Below are positions 1-10,159 of a DNA stretch of 64,000 nt, in pieces. Where the stretch lies: NCBI GenBank assembly GCA_963796955.1, contig CAWCNJ010000006.1, positions 64,001 to 128,000 on the forward strand. Reading direction: 5' to 3'. The DNA comes from Endomicrobiales bacterium (GTDB lineage: Bacteria > Elusimicrobiota > Endomicrobiia > Endomicrobiales > JALOBY01). Below the pieces are notes generated by a model. It did no database searches and had not been told where the DNA came from. It worked only from the letters and a program-made list of their open reading frames with translations. The number at the start of each line of letters is the position of its first letter. The stretch's first letter is position 1. The position numbers and the translations under genes were made by a program.

Positions 1-603
1 AGCGGTTTTCGCCCGGTGCGCTGGGTGCTGGCCGTGCCGAACGATTCAAAGATACACGCCCTGAAAGACCTGAACGGCAAGCGCGTAGCGACGGAACTGA
101 TCAACTACACGAAAAAATATCTCACCAAGAATAAAATTAAATGCGAAGTGGAATTTTCCTGGGGCGCGACGGAAGCCAAGGCGCCGCAGCTGGTGGACGC
201 GATCGTGGAGCTGACTGAGACCGGTTCTTCCCTGCGGGCCAACAATCTGCGCATCGTGCAGGATGTGCTGGTATCCTCCACCCGCTTCATAGCCAACGGT
301 GCCGCTATGAAAGACGCCTGGAAACGCCAGAAGATAGAGAATATCGCCATTTTGCTGAAAGGCGCCCTTGCCGCCGAAGGCATGGTGGGCATAAAGCTGA
401 ACGTGGCGCAGAAAAATTTGACCGCGATCACCAAGCTGCTGCCGGCGCTGCGCAAGCCGACCATCTCCTCTCTCAGCGAGCCGGGCTGGGTAGCGCTTGA
501 AGTTATCATGGAAGAAAAAACCGTCAAAAAACTGATACCGGCCCTGAAACGCGCCGGCGCCGAAGGCATCATAGAGTATCCGCTCAACAAAATAATATAC
601 TAA
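1..603 (+). CDS. hisG: ATP phosphoribosyltransferase, long form (5'-truncated by window)
   Basis: [25 protein letters not shown] motifs and C-terminal regulatory domain (PALRKPTIS...GAEGIIEYP); frame open from base 1. Confidence 0.95.
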   Translation, partial: SGFRPVRWVLAVPNDSKIHALKDLNGKRVATELINYTKKYLTKNKIKCEVEFSWGATEAKAPQLVDAIVELTETGSSLRANNLRIVQDVLVSSTRFIANGAAMKDAWKRQKIENIAILLKGALAAEGMVGIKLNVAQKNLTAITKLLPALRKPTISSLSEPGWVALEVIMEEKTVKKLIPALKRAGAEGIIEYPLNKIIY

Positions 604-615
604 TAAGGCAGGCCA

Positions 616-2097
616 ATGACAGTTCGCGTAAGGTTCGCTCCATCACCGACGGGATATTTGCACATAGGCGGCGCCCGTACGGCGTTGTTTAACTGGCTTT
701 TCGCGAGAAAAATGAAAGGTACTTTTATTTTGCGCATAGAAGATACCGATGAAGCGCGGTCAACCGAAGAATCCGTCAACGCGATACTGAGAAGCATGGA
801 ATGGCTGAACCTTAACTGGGACGAAGGCCCCCAGACGCGCGAAGACCATTCGGTGAAAGGCAATTACGGACCGTATTTTCAGATGGTGCGTAAGGACCAG
901 GGTATCTACCAGAAATATATCGATCAATTGCTTGCCTCGGGCAAAGCGTATAAATGTTACTGCACCACGGAAGAGCTGGACGCCATGCGTACCAGGCAGA
1001 CCGCTGCCAAGCAGAACCCGCGCTACGACGGCACATGCCGCTGCCTGGACGCTGAGCAGAGAGCCGCAAAAGAAGCCGCGGGCAAGACGGCAGTGATACG
1101 TTTCGCTATGCCCTCAGACGGCTCCGTGCACGTGGATGATATTATCCGCGGCCGCGTGACCTTTGAGAACGGCCAGCTGGATGATTTTGTACTGATGAAG
1201 CCCAACGGCGTGCCGACCTACAATTTTGCCTGCGTAATAGACGACCATCTTATGGAAATATCGCACGTGATCAGAGGCGACGACCATTTGTCCAACACGC
1301 CGCGCCAGGTGCACATTTACCACACGCTCGGCTGGGCCTTGCCGCAATTCGCGCACCTGTCCATGATCCTGGGCCCCGACGGAACGCGCCTTTCCAAGCG
1401 CCACGGCCACACCTCTGTTATGGAATACCGCAACGAAGGCTACCTGCCGGAAGCGCTGATAAATTATCTGGCCCTGCTTGGCTGGTCCACGGAAGACAGC
1501 CAGCAGCTGTTCGAACTTAACGATCTTATAGAAAAATTCTCACTGGAACGCTGCTCAAAAAGCCCGGCCGTTTTTGACCCCCAGAAGCTGCACTGGATGA
1601 ACGGCGAATATATCCGTAACCTGACCAATGAACAATTTATAAACCGCTTCAAATTCTGGCTGCGCCACGCACCGACGGAGTTCCCCTTCGCCGTCTGGGA
1701 CGAAAGCGTTATGGAAAAAGCCGTCGCCATGGAGCACGATAAAGCCAAAACCCTAAAGGATGTTCCCGGTTTAATTGACATCTTCTTGCTTGATAAGGTA
1801 GAATATGTTCCCGAAGCTGTAGAAAAAGTTTTCAAAGCCGCCAGCGCCAAAGACGTGCTGTTAAAAGTGGTGGAGCGCCTCCCGGCACAACAAGATTTTT
1901 CACCCGAAGCCCTGGAAGCCTTCGCAAGAGCCTTAGCCGTAGAAATGGGTGTGGGAAATGGCAAAATATTCCACCCGATAAGAGTAGCTATTTCCGGCCG
2001 TACCAATGGACCAAGCCTTTTTCATATGATGGAACTGATGGGACGCGAAACAGTAATGAAGCGCCTGAACGAAACATTAGAAAAGTTCTTTAAATAG
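616..2097 (+). CDS. gltX: Glutamate--tRNA ligase
   Basis: RFAPSPTGYLHIGG (HIGH), LRIEDTD, RGDDHLSNT, LSKR (KMSKS-like). Confidence 0.97.
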   Translation: MTVRVRFAPSPTGYLHIGGARTALFNWLFARKMKGTFILRIEDTDEARSTEESVNAILRSMEWLNLNWDEGPQTREDHSVKGNYGPYFQMVRKDQGIYQKYIDQLLASGKAYKCYCTTEELDAMRTRQTAAKQNPRYDGTCRCLDAEQRAAKEAAGKTAVIRFAMPSDGSVHVDDIIRGRVTFENGQLDDFVLMKPNGVPTYNFACVIDDHLMEISHVIRGDDHLSNTPRQVHIYHTLGWALPQFAHLSMILGPDGTRLSKRHGHTSVMEYRNEGYLPEALINYLALLGWSTEDSQQLFELNDLIEKFSLERCSKSPAVFDPQKLHWMNGEYIRNLTNEQFINRFKFWLRHAPTEFPFAVWDESVMEKAVAMEHDKAKTLKDVPGLIDIFLLDKVEYVPEAVEKVFKAASAKDVLLKVVERLPAQQDFSPEALEAFARALAVEMGVGNGKIFHPIRVAISGRTNGPSLFHMMELMGRETVMKRLNETLEKFFK

Positions 2098-2347
2098 AAA
2101 TATTCCGTTGAAGTTAGAAGTAGAAGTAAGAAGTTATGCGGCCGCGAAGCCAGCCGCGACGTTGTTGTTGAGGTTAGATGTATTTGTTCATAGCGAAAAA
2201 GTATCTGTTTTATATTAAGTTGAGTAGCCCCGTGGCCCGCAGTCCGAGGAATAACGAGGACGAGTCTTGCGGGGGGCGCGAGTCGGTGAGCGCCCTGGCA
2301 CCACTGGCTGGCAAGCTCAATGGGTTGTTATAGATTGCAGTTTCGCT

Positions 2348-2421
2348 TGCCCCGTGGTGTAACGGTAACACAATCGCCTCTGGAGCGGTCATTCATGGTT
2401 CGAATCCATGCGGGGCAGCCA
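2348..2421 (+). tRNA. tRNA-Gln (anticodon CTG)
   Basis: Acceptor stem TGCCCCG/CGGGGCA, anticodon arm ATCGC-CTCTGGA-GCGGT, T-loop GGTTCGAATCC, encoded CCA. Confidence 0.96.
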
Positions 2422-2457
2422 GTTTTTCCAGAAAAAGACCGACCATAAAGAATTCCG

Positions 2458-2496
2458 AAGCTCGAAGTCCGCACCAGCGGCCTCCGGGCTTTTTTT
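2458..2496 (+). terminator. Putative intrinsic terminator after tRNA-Gln
   Basis: Imperfect GC-rich hairpin (AAGCTCG...CGGGCTT) followed by a T tract. Confidence 0.55.
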
Positions 2497-2580
2497 GTCT
2501 CAAAATTACATGCAACTAATCGCTGCATTATATGGTCTAATATATAAGGCCGAGACCGTGACATCCGGCATTGAGGGAAC

Positions 2581-5500
2581 ATGCAACTGCTTCACGAACT
2601 TTTTGAAAAAAGCGCGGATCTATATCCTGATAAGATAGCTGTTCAAAGCGGCGACCGGGTTTTCACCTATGGAACTATAGAACAAAATGCCAACAGGCTT
2701 GCCCATGTTTTTCAAGAGCATGGCGCAAAGCCTGAAAGCCTTGTCGCCATACTTTTACCAAGGAGCGAATGGCTTTATTGCTCCATGCTGGCAACCCTTA
2801 AAGCGGGCGCCGCCTACCTGCCCCTTGACCCTGAAACCCCGCCGGAGAGAATTAACTATATCCTTGAAGATGCTAACGTCACATTCGTTATTACAACTAA
2901 CGAACTTGCCGCCAAAGTTCATAAAACTAAAGTCTTATATTTAGAAAAAGTAATGGCTGAGCTCTCATCATTGCCCGCCTTGCGGCTGTTTCCCGCTAAG
3001 ACCGGCGTTGATCCCGAAAATCTCTGTTATGTGATATACACCTCCGGAACCACTGGCCGCCCTAAAGGCGCAATGGTAGAGCATAGGAACGTGGTAAGCC
3101 TTGTCCAGGCGGAGTGCGGCCTCTACGGGATAAAACAGGAGGACAGGGTATTTCAGTTCGCTTCGCCCGCCTTTGATGCCTCAGTTGAAGAGATCTGGAT
3201 GGCCTTTGCCAACGGCGCTGCATTGATAGCCGGCACCCCGGATATCATCAGGTCCGGCCCCGATTTTTCCAAACATCTTGAATGCCTTGGCGTTACAGTC
3301 CTCTCCTGCGTGCCTACCTTTATAGCGATGCTGGATAAGGATATCTCAACCCTGCGCCTGCTCATTTTTGGCGGCGAGGAATGCCCGCCCGCGTTAGCGG
3401 CCCGCTGGTTTAAACCTGGCAGAAAGGTTTTTAACACATACGGCCCGACAGAAGGAACGGTTATTACAACAGCGGCCTTGCTTGAAAGCATTAAACCCGT
3501 TAATATCGGCCAGCCTATTGCCGGATACAAAGTCTATATTCTGGACGTATTGGGAAATCAACTTCCTCAGGGCGAAGCGGGCGAGCTTTGTATAGCGGGC
3601 ACCGGCGTTGTGCGCGGCTATCTGGGCCAGCCTGAGCTCACCGCAAAAAAATTCACCACAATTATGAATGCCGATGGGATCCGCGAGCGGATCTATCACT
3701 CGGGCGATAAGGCGAGATATTTGCCGGATGGCAACCTTGAATTCCTCGGCAGGCTGGATGATCAGGTTAAAGTCCGTGGCTACCGCATCGAGCGCGGCGA
3801 GGTCGAGGCTGTTTTGGCAGAGGTACCGCAGATCCAGGCGGCCGCGGTGGATGTTTTTAAAGCGACCGACCAGTTGGCGGCCTGGGTTGTTCTGTGCCCG
3901 GGGCAAATTCTTGACCGTAAAATGGTACGGGAATATCTTTCCAAAAAACTTCCTGATTACATGATCCCCGCATTCCTTGAGCAGATCGATACGTTGCCGT
4001 TAACCACCTCAGGTAAGATCGACCGGGCCCGTTTGCCGGCTCCCAAAATAGCTATGGGAGAACATAAGCGCGATTATATCGCACCGTGCACCGAAGCGGA
4101 AAAAGCCATCGCTTCTGTCTGGCAGAAAGTATTAAAACGCCCCGCTATTTCGATCACCGATGATTTTTTCCTCGATCTGGACGGCCACTCTTTGCTCGCC
4201 GCGATGATAGTGTCTCAGCTGCGCCAAAATGAAGCATTCTCCCATGTTTCGGTTGGCGATATGTATAATGCCCCCACGGTGGAAAAACTGTCGGGCCTTC
4301 TAGAGAAAAAGAAAGATACTGATAAAAAGGTTTCAAACAAAACCGATAACTTCCGGCCGGTTTCCCGTTCAGCGTATATACTATGCACGGTCGCACAGGC
4401 CTTTGGGGTATTGTTTTTATGCGGCATCAACATCGCGCAATGGTTAGGCGCTTTCTTAACCTATGGCTATCTGGCTGTGGCAGATTACCCTGTTAAAATC
4501 TGTTTGATCGTTGCCACCATAGTTTTGCTGCTTATAACCCCCGCGACACTGTTCCTTTCAGTAATTTTAAAATGGCTCCTGCTCGGCAAAATAAAGCCTG
4601 GAAAATATCCGCTGTGGGGTTGGTTCTATTTCCGTTATTGGCTTGTGCGCTCGATAGTCCGGGCCGTGCCCGTGCATTATCTTGACGGCACCCCGTATCT
4701 CAATGTATATTATCGCCTCATGGGTGCCAGGATCGGCAAGCATGTTTTCATCGCCTCGCACGGCCTGGCTTCTTTTGATCTTTTAACCGTTGGTGACGGC
4801 TCCAGCATCGGCCTTAACAGCTCGGTGGATGGTGTTTCTGTTTACAACGGTATGCTTCATTTAGCCCCGGTAACTATCGGCGCGCGCTGTTACGTAGGTA
4901 ATCGCAGCGTGCTCGGCGGCGATAACGTTATGGAAGACGGCTCAAGCCTTGGCGACCTTTCCGTCCTCGCCGCCGGCGAGCGGATAACTGAGGGAAAAGT
5001 ATGGAACGGCTCGCCGGCCGAGCCCACCGGCACAAGAAAACTTGAACCGTTTGCGAAACCATGGACTATGTGGTCGTGGGCTATATACAGTTTCGGCATA
5101 TTTCTTTTCCCGTTAGTGATCACCGCGGCGGTAATGCCGGGCATAATGGTAATAACCGAGCTTGGCCACGCGGCGGAGGGTTATGCCTTCCTGCTTGCCG
5201 CGCCTTTGATAGCGGTTTCATTCGTTATTTTCCTCAGCTTGGAGTTGTGGCTTTGCAAATGGCTGATAGTAGGCCGGCTTAAGCCCGGGCGCTACCCGAT
5301 CAAGAGTTTCTGGTATATAAAAACCTGGTTCTTCAACCAGCTTATGACCATGAGCACCGATGTTACAGAGTCATTATACGAAACACTGTACGCCGCCCCC
5401 TGGTTACGCTCACTGGGCGCCAGGATAGGCAAACGCGTAGAGATAGCCGCCGTAGAACTTATTCAGCCCGATCTGCTGATCCTCGGCGAAGAAAGCATGA

Positions 5501-6462
5501 TAGCCGACCTTGCGCTCATAGGCGCGCCGGAAGTTAACGACGGCTGGGCAACCATTGCTGAGGTTAAAACAGGGAAGCGGGTTTTCCTTGGCAACAGCGC
5601 CGTTATCCCATCCGGCACAGTACTTGAAGATAACGTTCTTATCGGTTTAATGTCCAAGCCGCCCGATAACGCGGGAAAACCCGTAGCAGCCGCCACCAGC
5701 TGGTTCGGCTCACCCGCCATAGCCATGCCCCAGCGTTATAAGAGCGGTGATTTTCAGGAATCAGTTACATACCATCCCTCAGGCAAGCTTATAGCCATGA
5801 GAATGTCCATTGAGCTCTTCCGCATATTTTTACCTTCGACAATATTTATTGTTCTTGCCTCCCTTATCATCACCGCGACCGATATTCTGCAGGATTACAT
5901 CCATTTCCACCATTGGTTATTGCTGCTGCCCTTTCTGTACGCGATCGCCGGCATTTTGGGCATCGGTATAACGGTAATGCTTAAATGGCTCATAGCTGGA
6001 CGTTATAAACCTCAAGAAAGGCCGCTCTGGAGCCCGTTCGTCTGGCGCAACGATCTTATCAACGCCGTATACTCTAATTTTTGCGAACACTTTTTCCTGA
6101 CCATGCTGCGCGGCACACCCTTTATCTCCTGGGCTCTGCGCCTTTTCGGCATGCGCATAGGCAAGCGATGCTACATAGATTCCACCTGGTACACAGAATT
6201 TGACCTTATCGATATCGGCGATGACGTCGCATTGAACGAGAATGCCAACCTGCAGACCCATTTATTCGAGGACAGGATCATCAAAATGGGCCCCGTATCC
6301 ATCGCCTCCCAAACAAGCGTAGGCAGCATGTCCACGGTCCTCTATAATTGCAAAATGGATGAAGGCAGCATCCTCGACGACCTGTCCCTGATGATGAAAG
6401 GCGAAGTTTTACCAGCCAACACCCGCTGGCAGGGCATACCGGCGCAGTCGTCCAAAGAGTAA
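2581..6462 (+). CDS. Pls/PosA-family single-module membrane NRPS (poly-amino-acid synthetase-like)
   Basis: A domain (YTSGTTGRPKG, FDASV, YGPTE, GRLDDQVKVRGYRIE), carrier domain DDFFLDLDGHSL, then three TM-flanked repeats with MGARIG/hexapeptide-like segments and W.G.PA ends. Confidence 0.9.
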   Translation: MQLLHELFEKSADLYPDKIAVQSGDRVFTYGTIEQNANRLAHVFQEHGAKPESLVAILLPRSEWLYCSMLATLKAGAAYLPLDPETPPERINYILEDANVTFVITTNELAAKVHKTKVLYLEKVMAELSSLPALRLFPAKTGVDPENLCYVIYTSGTTGRPKGAMVEHRNVVSLVQAECGLYGIKQEDRVFQFASPAFDASVEEIWMAFANGAALIAGTPDIIRSGPDFSKHLECLGVTVLSCVPTFIAMLDKDISTLRLLIFGGEECPPALAARWFKPGRKVFNTYGPTEGTVITTAALLESIKPVNIGQPIAGYKVYILDVLGNQLPQGEAGELCIAGTGVVRGYLGQPELTAKKFTTIMNADGIRERIYHSGDKARYLPDGNLEFLGRLDDQVKVRGYRIERGEVEAVLAEVPQIQAAAVDVFKATDQLAAWVVLCPGQILDRKMVREYLSKKLPDYMIPAFLEQIDTLPLTTSGKIDRARLPAPKIAMGEHKRDYIAPCTEAEKAIASVWQKVLKRPAISITDDFFLDLDGHSLLAAMIVSQLRQNEAFSHVSVGDMYNAPTVEKLSGLLEKKKDTDKKVSNKTDNFRPVSRSAYILCTVAQAFGVLFLCGINIAQWLGAFLTYGYLAVADYPVKICLIVATIVLLLITPATLFLSVILKWLLLGKIKPGKYPLWGWFYFRYWLVRSIVRAVPVHYLDGTPYLNVYYRLMGARIGKHVFIASHGLASFDLLTVGDGSSIGLNSSVDGVSVYNGMLHLAPVTIGARCYVGNRSVLGGDNVMEDGSSLGDLSVLAAGERITEGKVWNGSPAEPTGTRKLEPFAKPWTMWSWAIYSFGIFLFPLVITAAVMPGIMVITELGHAAEGYAFLLAAPLIAVSFVIFLSLELWLCKWLIVGRLKPGRYPIKSFWYIKTWFFNQLMTMSTDVTESLYETLYAAPWLRSLGARIGKRVEIAAVELIQPDLLILGEESMIADLALIGAPEVNDGWATIAEVKTGKRVFLGNSAVIPSGTVLEDNVLIGLMSKPPDNAGKPVAAATSWFGSPAIAMPQRYKSGDFQESVTYHPSGKLIAMRMSIELFRIFLPSTIFIVLASLIITATDILQDYIHFHHWLLLLPFLYAIAGILGIGITVMLKWLIAGRYKPQERPLWSPFVWRNDLINAVYSNFCEHFFLTMLRGTPFISWALRLFGMRIGKRCYIDSTWYTEFDLIDIGDDVALNENANLQTHLFEDRIIKMGPVSIASQTSVGSMSTVLYNCKMDEGSILDDLSLMMKGEVLPANTRWQGIPAQSSKE

Positions 6463-6465
6463 GCA

Positions 6466-7071
6466 ATGAAAATACCTGATAACGAAATTCATGTGTGGTC
6501 TAGTGAGTCAGAAGATAAAAACTTCTGCCGCCAGATCCTTTCCCAATATACAGGTGAAGCCCCCGATGAAATGGTATTCACCAAAAACCAATGGGGCAAA
6601 CCTGAATTACAAGATAATCCGGGAATATTCTTTAATCTCTCCCACACCGAAGGATTTACCGTTTTAGCCGTTACCAACTTCCCCGGCATAGGCATAGATA
6701 TAGAAAAAATAGTGCCGATAGATGAAAGAACGGCCCTGGCCAAAACCTGCCTTTCAGCCCGGGAGCTCCAACAAATGGAACAAGTCCCGCCAGAAAATTG
6801 GGAACCAGCCTTCTACGACTACTGGACCAGAAAAGAATCCGTGATAAAAGCCCTAGGCAAAGGTTTGTCCACCAGCTTGCAGAGTTTTTCCGTCCCACTA
6901 AGCCAAACCTGGTCAAAAGTAACCCTGGCCCAGCAAACCTGGTACCTAAAACCCTTAACCCTACCCCACCCCTGGACAGGCGCCCTAACCGCCGCCCGAA
7001 AATACCCTATCATGGAATATAAATACATCCATGTCACAGATTTTGCAAGAATCGCAGCTACTTGTATTTGA
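6466..7071 (+). CDS. Sfp-type 4'-phosphopantetheinyl transferase
   Basis: GKP, FNLSHT, GIDIE, WTRKESVIKALGKG motifs; 3 bp after the NRPS stop. Confidence 0.92.
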   Translation: MKIPDNEIHVWSSESEDKNFCRQILSQYTGEAPDEMVFTKNQWGKPELQDNPGIFFNLSHTEGFTVLAVTNFPGIGIDIEKIVPIDERTALAKTCLSARELQQMEQVPPENWEPAFYDYWTRKESVIKALGKGLSTSLQSFSVPLSQTWSKVTLAQQTWYLKPLTLPHPWTGALTAARKYPIMEYKYIHVTDFARIAATCI

Positions 7072-7282
7072 GGCGATTACTATAGATAATCGCTTCATGA
7101 CGAGTACTGAAAACGCTGGATATTGGCCACTCTCCTTACCTGATCCGCTTTCCACAGGGAATATCTTTGTTCCGCTATTGTAAATAAATCGCAAGAGCGG
7201 TATAATAACTCATCTCCATGGGGGAGATCGACCAAACCCCGTAAAATCCCTCAAGTTGTATATTATCTCATAAGGAGTAGAT

Positions 7283-7915
7283 ATGCTCAAAATGGAACAG
7301 ATCAAGCTTCTAAAACCAAAATTCAATGGCGGCAAAACCGTGATGATGGCGCTGAAGAACAGGAAAACCGTGCGCGTGATTGGCGGTAAAAAACTGACCG
7401 CTCAGCAGTTATCCAACCTCCTGTGGGCCGCCTGCGGCGTTAACCGGAAAAAAGGCCCCTTCGGGGCTTCCGGCAGAACCGCCGCCTCCGCCAGCAATTC
7501 ACAGGAAATAGAGCTTTACGTGGCTATGGCGGATGGGGTTTGCCTTTATGACCCTAACGCGCACAGCCTAAAACCGGTAGTTGGGCAAGACCTGCGACCA
7601 TACGCCATTAATTACGGCCAAAGAAAGATCAGCGCCGATGCACCTGTAAGGATATTATATGTAGTTGACCTCGCGAAATTCCGCACAGCAGGCTTCCAGG
7701 AGCCAGGCCTGTGGGACCCGGAAATACAAAAATCCTATTATTACGTCGACATCGGCCTGATAGCCGGTAACGTAGCCCTGTTCGCCGCCGCAACAGGAAT
7801 GGCCGCCTGGTTCCACAACTGCCAGAAGGAAAAACTCACATCAAAACTAAAGCTGCGCCCGGATCAGAAAGTCCTATTCGCCCAAACCATAGGCTGGCCG
7901 CAGAAGGATTGTTAG
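7283..7915 (+). CDS. Nitroreductase-family (SagB/ThcOx-like) protein
   Basis: ALKNRKTVR, LSNLLWAACG, RTAASASNSQEI; RBS AAGGAG. Confidence 0.85.
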   Translation: MLKMEQIKLLKPKFNGGKTVMMALKNRKTVRVIGGKKLTAQQLSNLLWAACGVNRKKGPFGASGRTAASASNSQEIELYVAMADGVCLYDPNAHSLKPVVGQDLRPYAINYGQRKISADAPVRILYVVDLAKFRTAGFQEPGLWDPEIQKSYYYVDIGLIAGNVALFAAATGMAAWFHNCQKEKLTSKLKLRPDQKVLFAQTIGWPQKDC

Positions 7916-7939
7916 GGGACGTAGTTAAGTATGTAAGTA

Positions 7940-7969
7940 TTGACAACGTTAGACTTTAATAAATATAAT
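7940..7969 (+). promoter_or_regulatory. Sigma70 promoter of transposase, probably leaderless
   Basis: TTGACA-18 bp-TATAAT, ATG 5 nt later with no Shine-Dalgarno; -35 overlaps the left inverted repeat. Confidence 0.75.
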
Positions 7970-7974
7970 AACTT

Positions 7975-8979
7975 ATGCCCAGACAAGGACGAATAAACAT
8001 TGAAGGTGGAATATATCACGTAATTCAGCGAGGAATAGAGCGAAAAGCGATATTTCATGATGATGCTGACCGTGAGATGTTTCTAAGCAGATTATCTGAA
8101 GGACTAAAAGAAACCGGGCACAAATGTTATGGTTGGGCGCTGATGCCCAATCATTTTCATTTATTGATAAGAACCGGCGCAAAACCATTAAGCGACCTGA
8201 TGCGGGTATTGTTAACGGGGTATGCGTTGTGCTTTAATAAGAAATACAAGCGAAGCGGCTATGTGTACCAGGGAAGATATAAATCAATATTGTGCCAGGA
8301 AGATAATTATCTGATGGAATTGGTAAGATATATACACCTAAACCCTCTGAGGGGAAAGATCGTAAAAGATATGCAGGAATTGAAGGCGTATAAATGGACT
8401 GGCCATAGCGTAATAATGGGTAACAGAAAGGCACCATGGCAGAGCAGCGACGAAGTTCTGGGATATTTTGGAAAGAAGAAAAGTGAAGCTGTGAGGGAAT
8501 ATGAAAAATTTGTAGCGCAGGCAAAAGATATGCCAAGGCGGGAAGATTTGACTGGCGGCGGCTTGATAAGGAGCGCGGGCGGTTGGAGCGGATTGATGGA
8601 CTTAAGGCGGTCAAAAGAGCGTTGGATGGCAGATGAACGAATCTTGGGTGATGGTGATTTTGTAGACAGAGTATTAAATACAGTTGAAGAAAAAGTTAAC
8701 CGGAAGGAACAGTTACAACGCGAAGGCTGGAATAAAGAAAAACTGGTAGAGCAGGTGTGTAAGCTAACAGGCATAACGAAAAAAGAAATATACAGATACA
8801 GCAAGAACAGTAAAATAGCAGAAGCGAGAAAACTTCTTACATATTGGGGAAACAAGGAATTAGGCATGAGTGGAATGGAGCTGGCAGAGATGCTAGGAAT
8901 CACAAGGTCAGCAGTTTCACAAAGCATAAAACAAGGGGAAGCAATTGCCGCAAGGTATGGTCAATACTTACATACTTAA
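7975..8979 (+). CDS. REP-associated tyrosine transposase-like (Y1 HUH) with C-terminal HTH
   Basis: YHVIQRG, LMPNHFHLLI (HUH), YQGRYKS, RYIHLNP; C-terminal ELAEMLGITRSAVSQ helix-turn-helix. Confidence 0.9.
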   Translation: MPRQGRINIEGGIYHVIQRGIERKAIFHDDADREMFLSRLSEGLKETGHKCYGWALMPNHFHLLIRTGAKPLSDLMRVLLTGYALCFNKKYKRSGYVYQGRYKSILCQEDNYLMELVRYIHLNPLRGKIVKDMQELKAYKWTGHSVIMGNRKAPWQSSDEVLGYFGKKKSEAVREYEKFVAQAKDMPRREDLTGGGLIRSAGGWSGLMDLRRSKERWMADERILGDGDFVDRVLNTVEEKVNRKEQLQREGWNKEKLVEQVCKLTGITKKEIYRYSKNSKIAEARKLLTYWGNKELGMSGMELAEMLGITRSAVSQSIKQGEAIAARYGQYLHT

Positions 8980-8987
8980 CTATGGAC

Positions 8988-9815
8988 TTAACCCGTTTTT
9001 GTGGACACAAGAGCGGGTAATTTTGCCTCGAACTGTGTGGGGCTAAGATACCCCAACGTTGAGTGCATTCTCTTGCGATTATAAAATATTTCGATGTACT
9101 CAAACAACTGTGCTCTCGCTTCTTCGCGAGAATTGAATCTGGCGTCGTTTTGTAATTCGTACTTCAATGTCTTGAAGAAGCTCTCTGCAACAGCGTTGTC
9201 CCAGCAATTTCCTTTGCGGCTCATGCTCATCTGAATGTTATGCTCTTTTAATCTAGCCTGAAACGCATAGCTCTTATACTGGCTACCCTGGTCCGAGTGA
9301 TGAATCAACGGCCCCGTCGGTCTGCGACTCTCAATGGCCATTTCCAGGGCATTCACTATAAGGCGCTCCGTCATCTGGCCGTGAATGGCCCAACCAACGA
9401 CCCTGCGCGAATAAAGGTCTAGCACAACCGCCAGATGAACCCATCCGGAACCTGTCCAGAACGTCGTCATGTCTGCGACCCAGACCCGGTTTGGTTCAGG
9501 AACATTGAACTGTTGTTGCACCAGGTTGTCAGCTGCTATAGCTGTCTTAAACACTCGTTTCCATCGCATACGGCGATGTGGCGCTGCAACGATACCGTTC
9601 TTTCTCATCAGTCTTGCTACGCGCTTTCGTCCCAGCTTTAAACCTTCGGACTTCAGCGCTTCATGAATTCGGGGAGCTCCGTATACTTTCCGGTTTTTAT
9701 CATAAATGCCCCGAATTTTGCTCAGTAATACGGTGTCTGTCCGGCTATGCTTGCTTTGACCGCGCGATTTCCATGCATAATATCCGGATCTGGAAACCGA
9801 CAGAACATCGCACAT
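8988..9815 (-). CDS. IS3 OrfB, DDE integrase core (expressed as OrfAB by -1 frameshift)
   Basis: WVADMT, LDLYSRRVVGW, HHSDQGSQY, GNCWDNAVAESFF; A8G slippery run on minus strand at 9894-9902. Confidence 0.93.
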   Translation of the reverse strand: MCDVLSVSRSGYYAWKSRGQSKHSRTDTVLLSKIRGIYDKNRKVYGAPRIHEALKSEGLKLGRKRVARLMRKNGIVAAPHRRMRWKRVFKTAIAADNLVQQQFNVPEPNRVWVADMTTFWTGSGWVHLAVVLDLYSRRVVGWAIHGQMTERLIVNALEMAIESRRPTGPLIHHSDQGSQYKSYAFQARLKEHNIQMSMSRKGNCWDNAVAESFFKTLKYELQNDARFNSREEARAQLFEYIEIFYNRKRMHSTLGYLSPTQFEAKLPALVSTKTG

Positions 9816-9820
9816 TGTTG

Positions 9821-10159
9821 CTATTCTGAAGTCCCGTTCGTGTTCCCTGATGAACCGGAATCGTTCAATGCGTCCTTGGCAAAGTAAATTAGGCTTTTTT
9901 TTAAAACGTCCCGCTCTTCGCGCAAGCGTTTGTTCTCTCGGCGAAGATCTTCTAGCTCTGTGTTGGGGGTGTTGTGGCCAACACCGGGAAATGCTTCAGT
10001 GGTTTTTTTATCAACCTCGGTTCGCCACTTGTAAAGATGATGTACGGGCAACTCAAGCTCGCGGGCTACTTCGGCAACACTTTTGCCGCTTACCTGCGTC
10101 CGGCGAACTGCTTCAAGCTTGAACTCCCGATTGTAACGCATCCGGTCTCTCTTTTGCAT
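9821..10159 (-). CDS. IS3 OrfA (HTH transposase subunit)
   Basis: YNREFKLEAV, SVAEVAREL, LRRENKRLREERDVLKK; RBS GGAGG. Confidence 0.92.
   Translation of the reverse strand: MQKRDRMRYNREFKLEAVRRTQVSGKSVAEVARELELPVHHLYKWRTEVDKKTTEAFPGVGHNTPNTELEDLRRENKRLREERDVLKKSLIYFAKDALNDSGSSGNTNGTSE

Noticed and set aside
2110..2180. Short GAAGTTA/GAAGTA and GTT tandem runs after gltX
   Set aside because: Low-complexity degenerate repeats without spacers; not a CRISPR array
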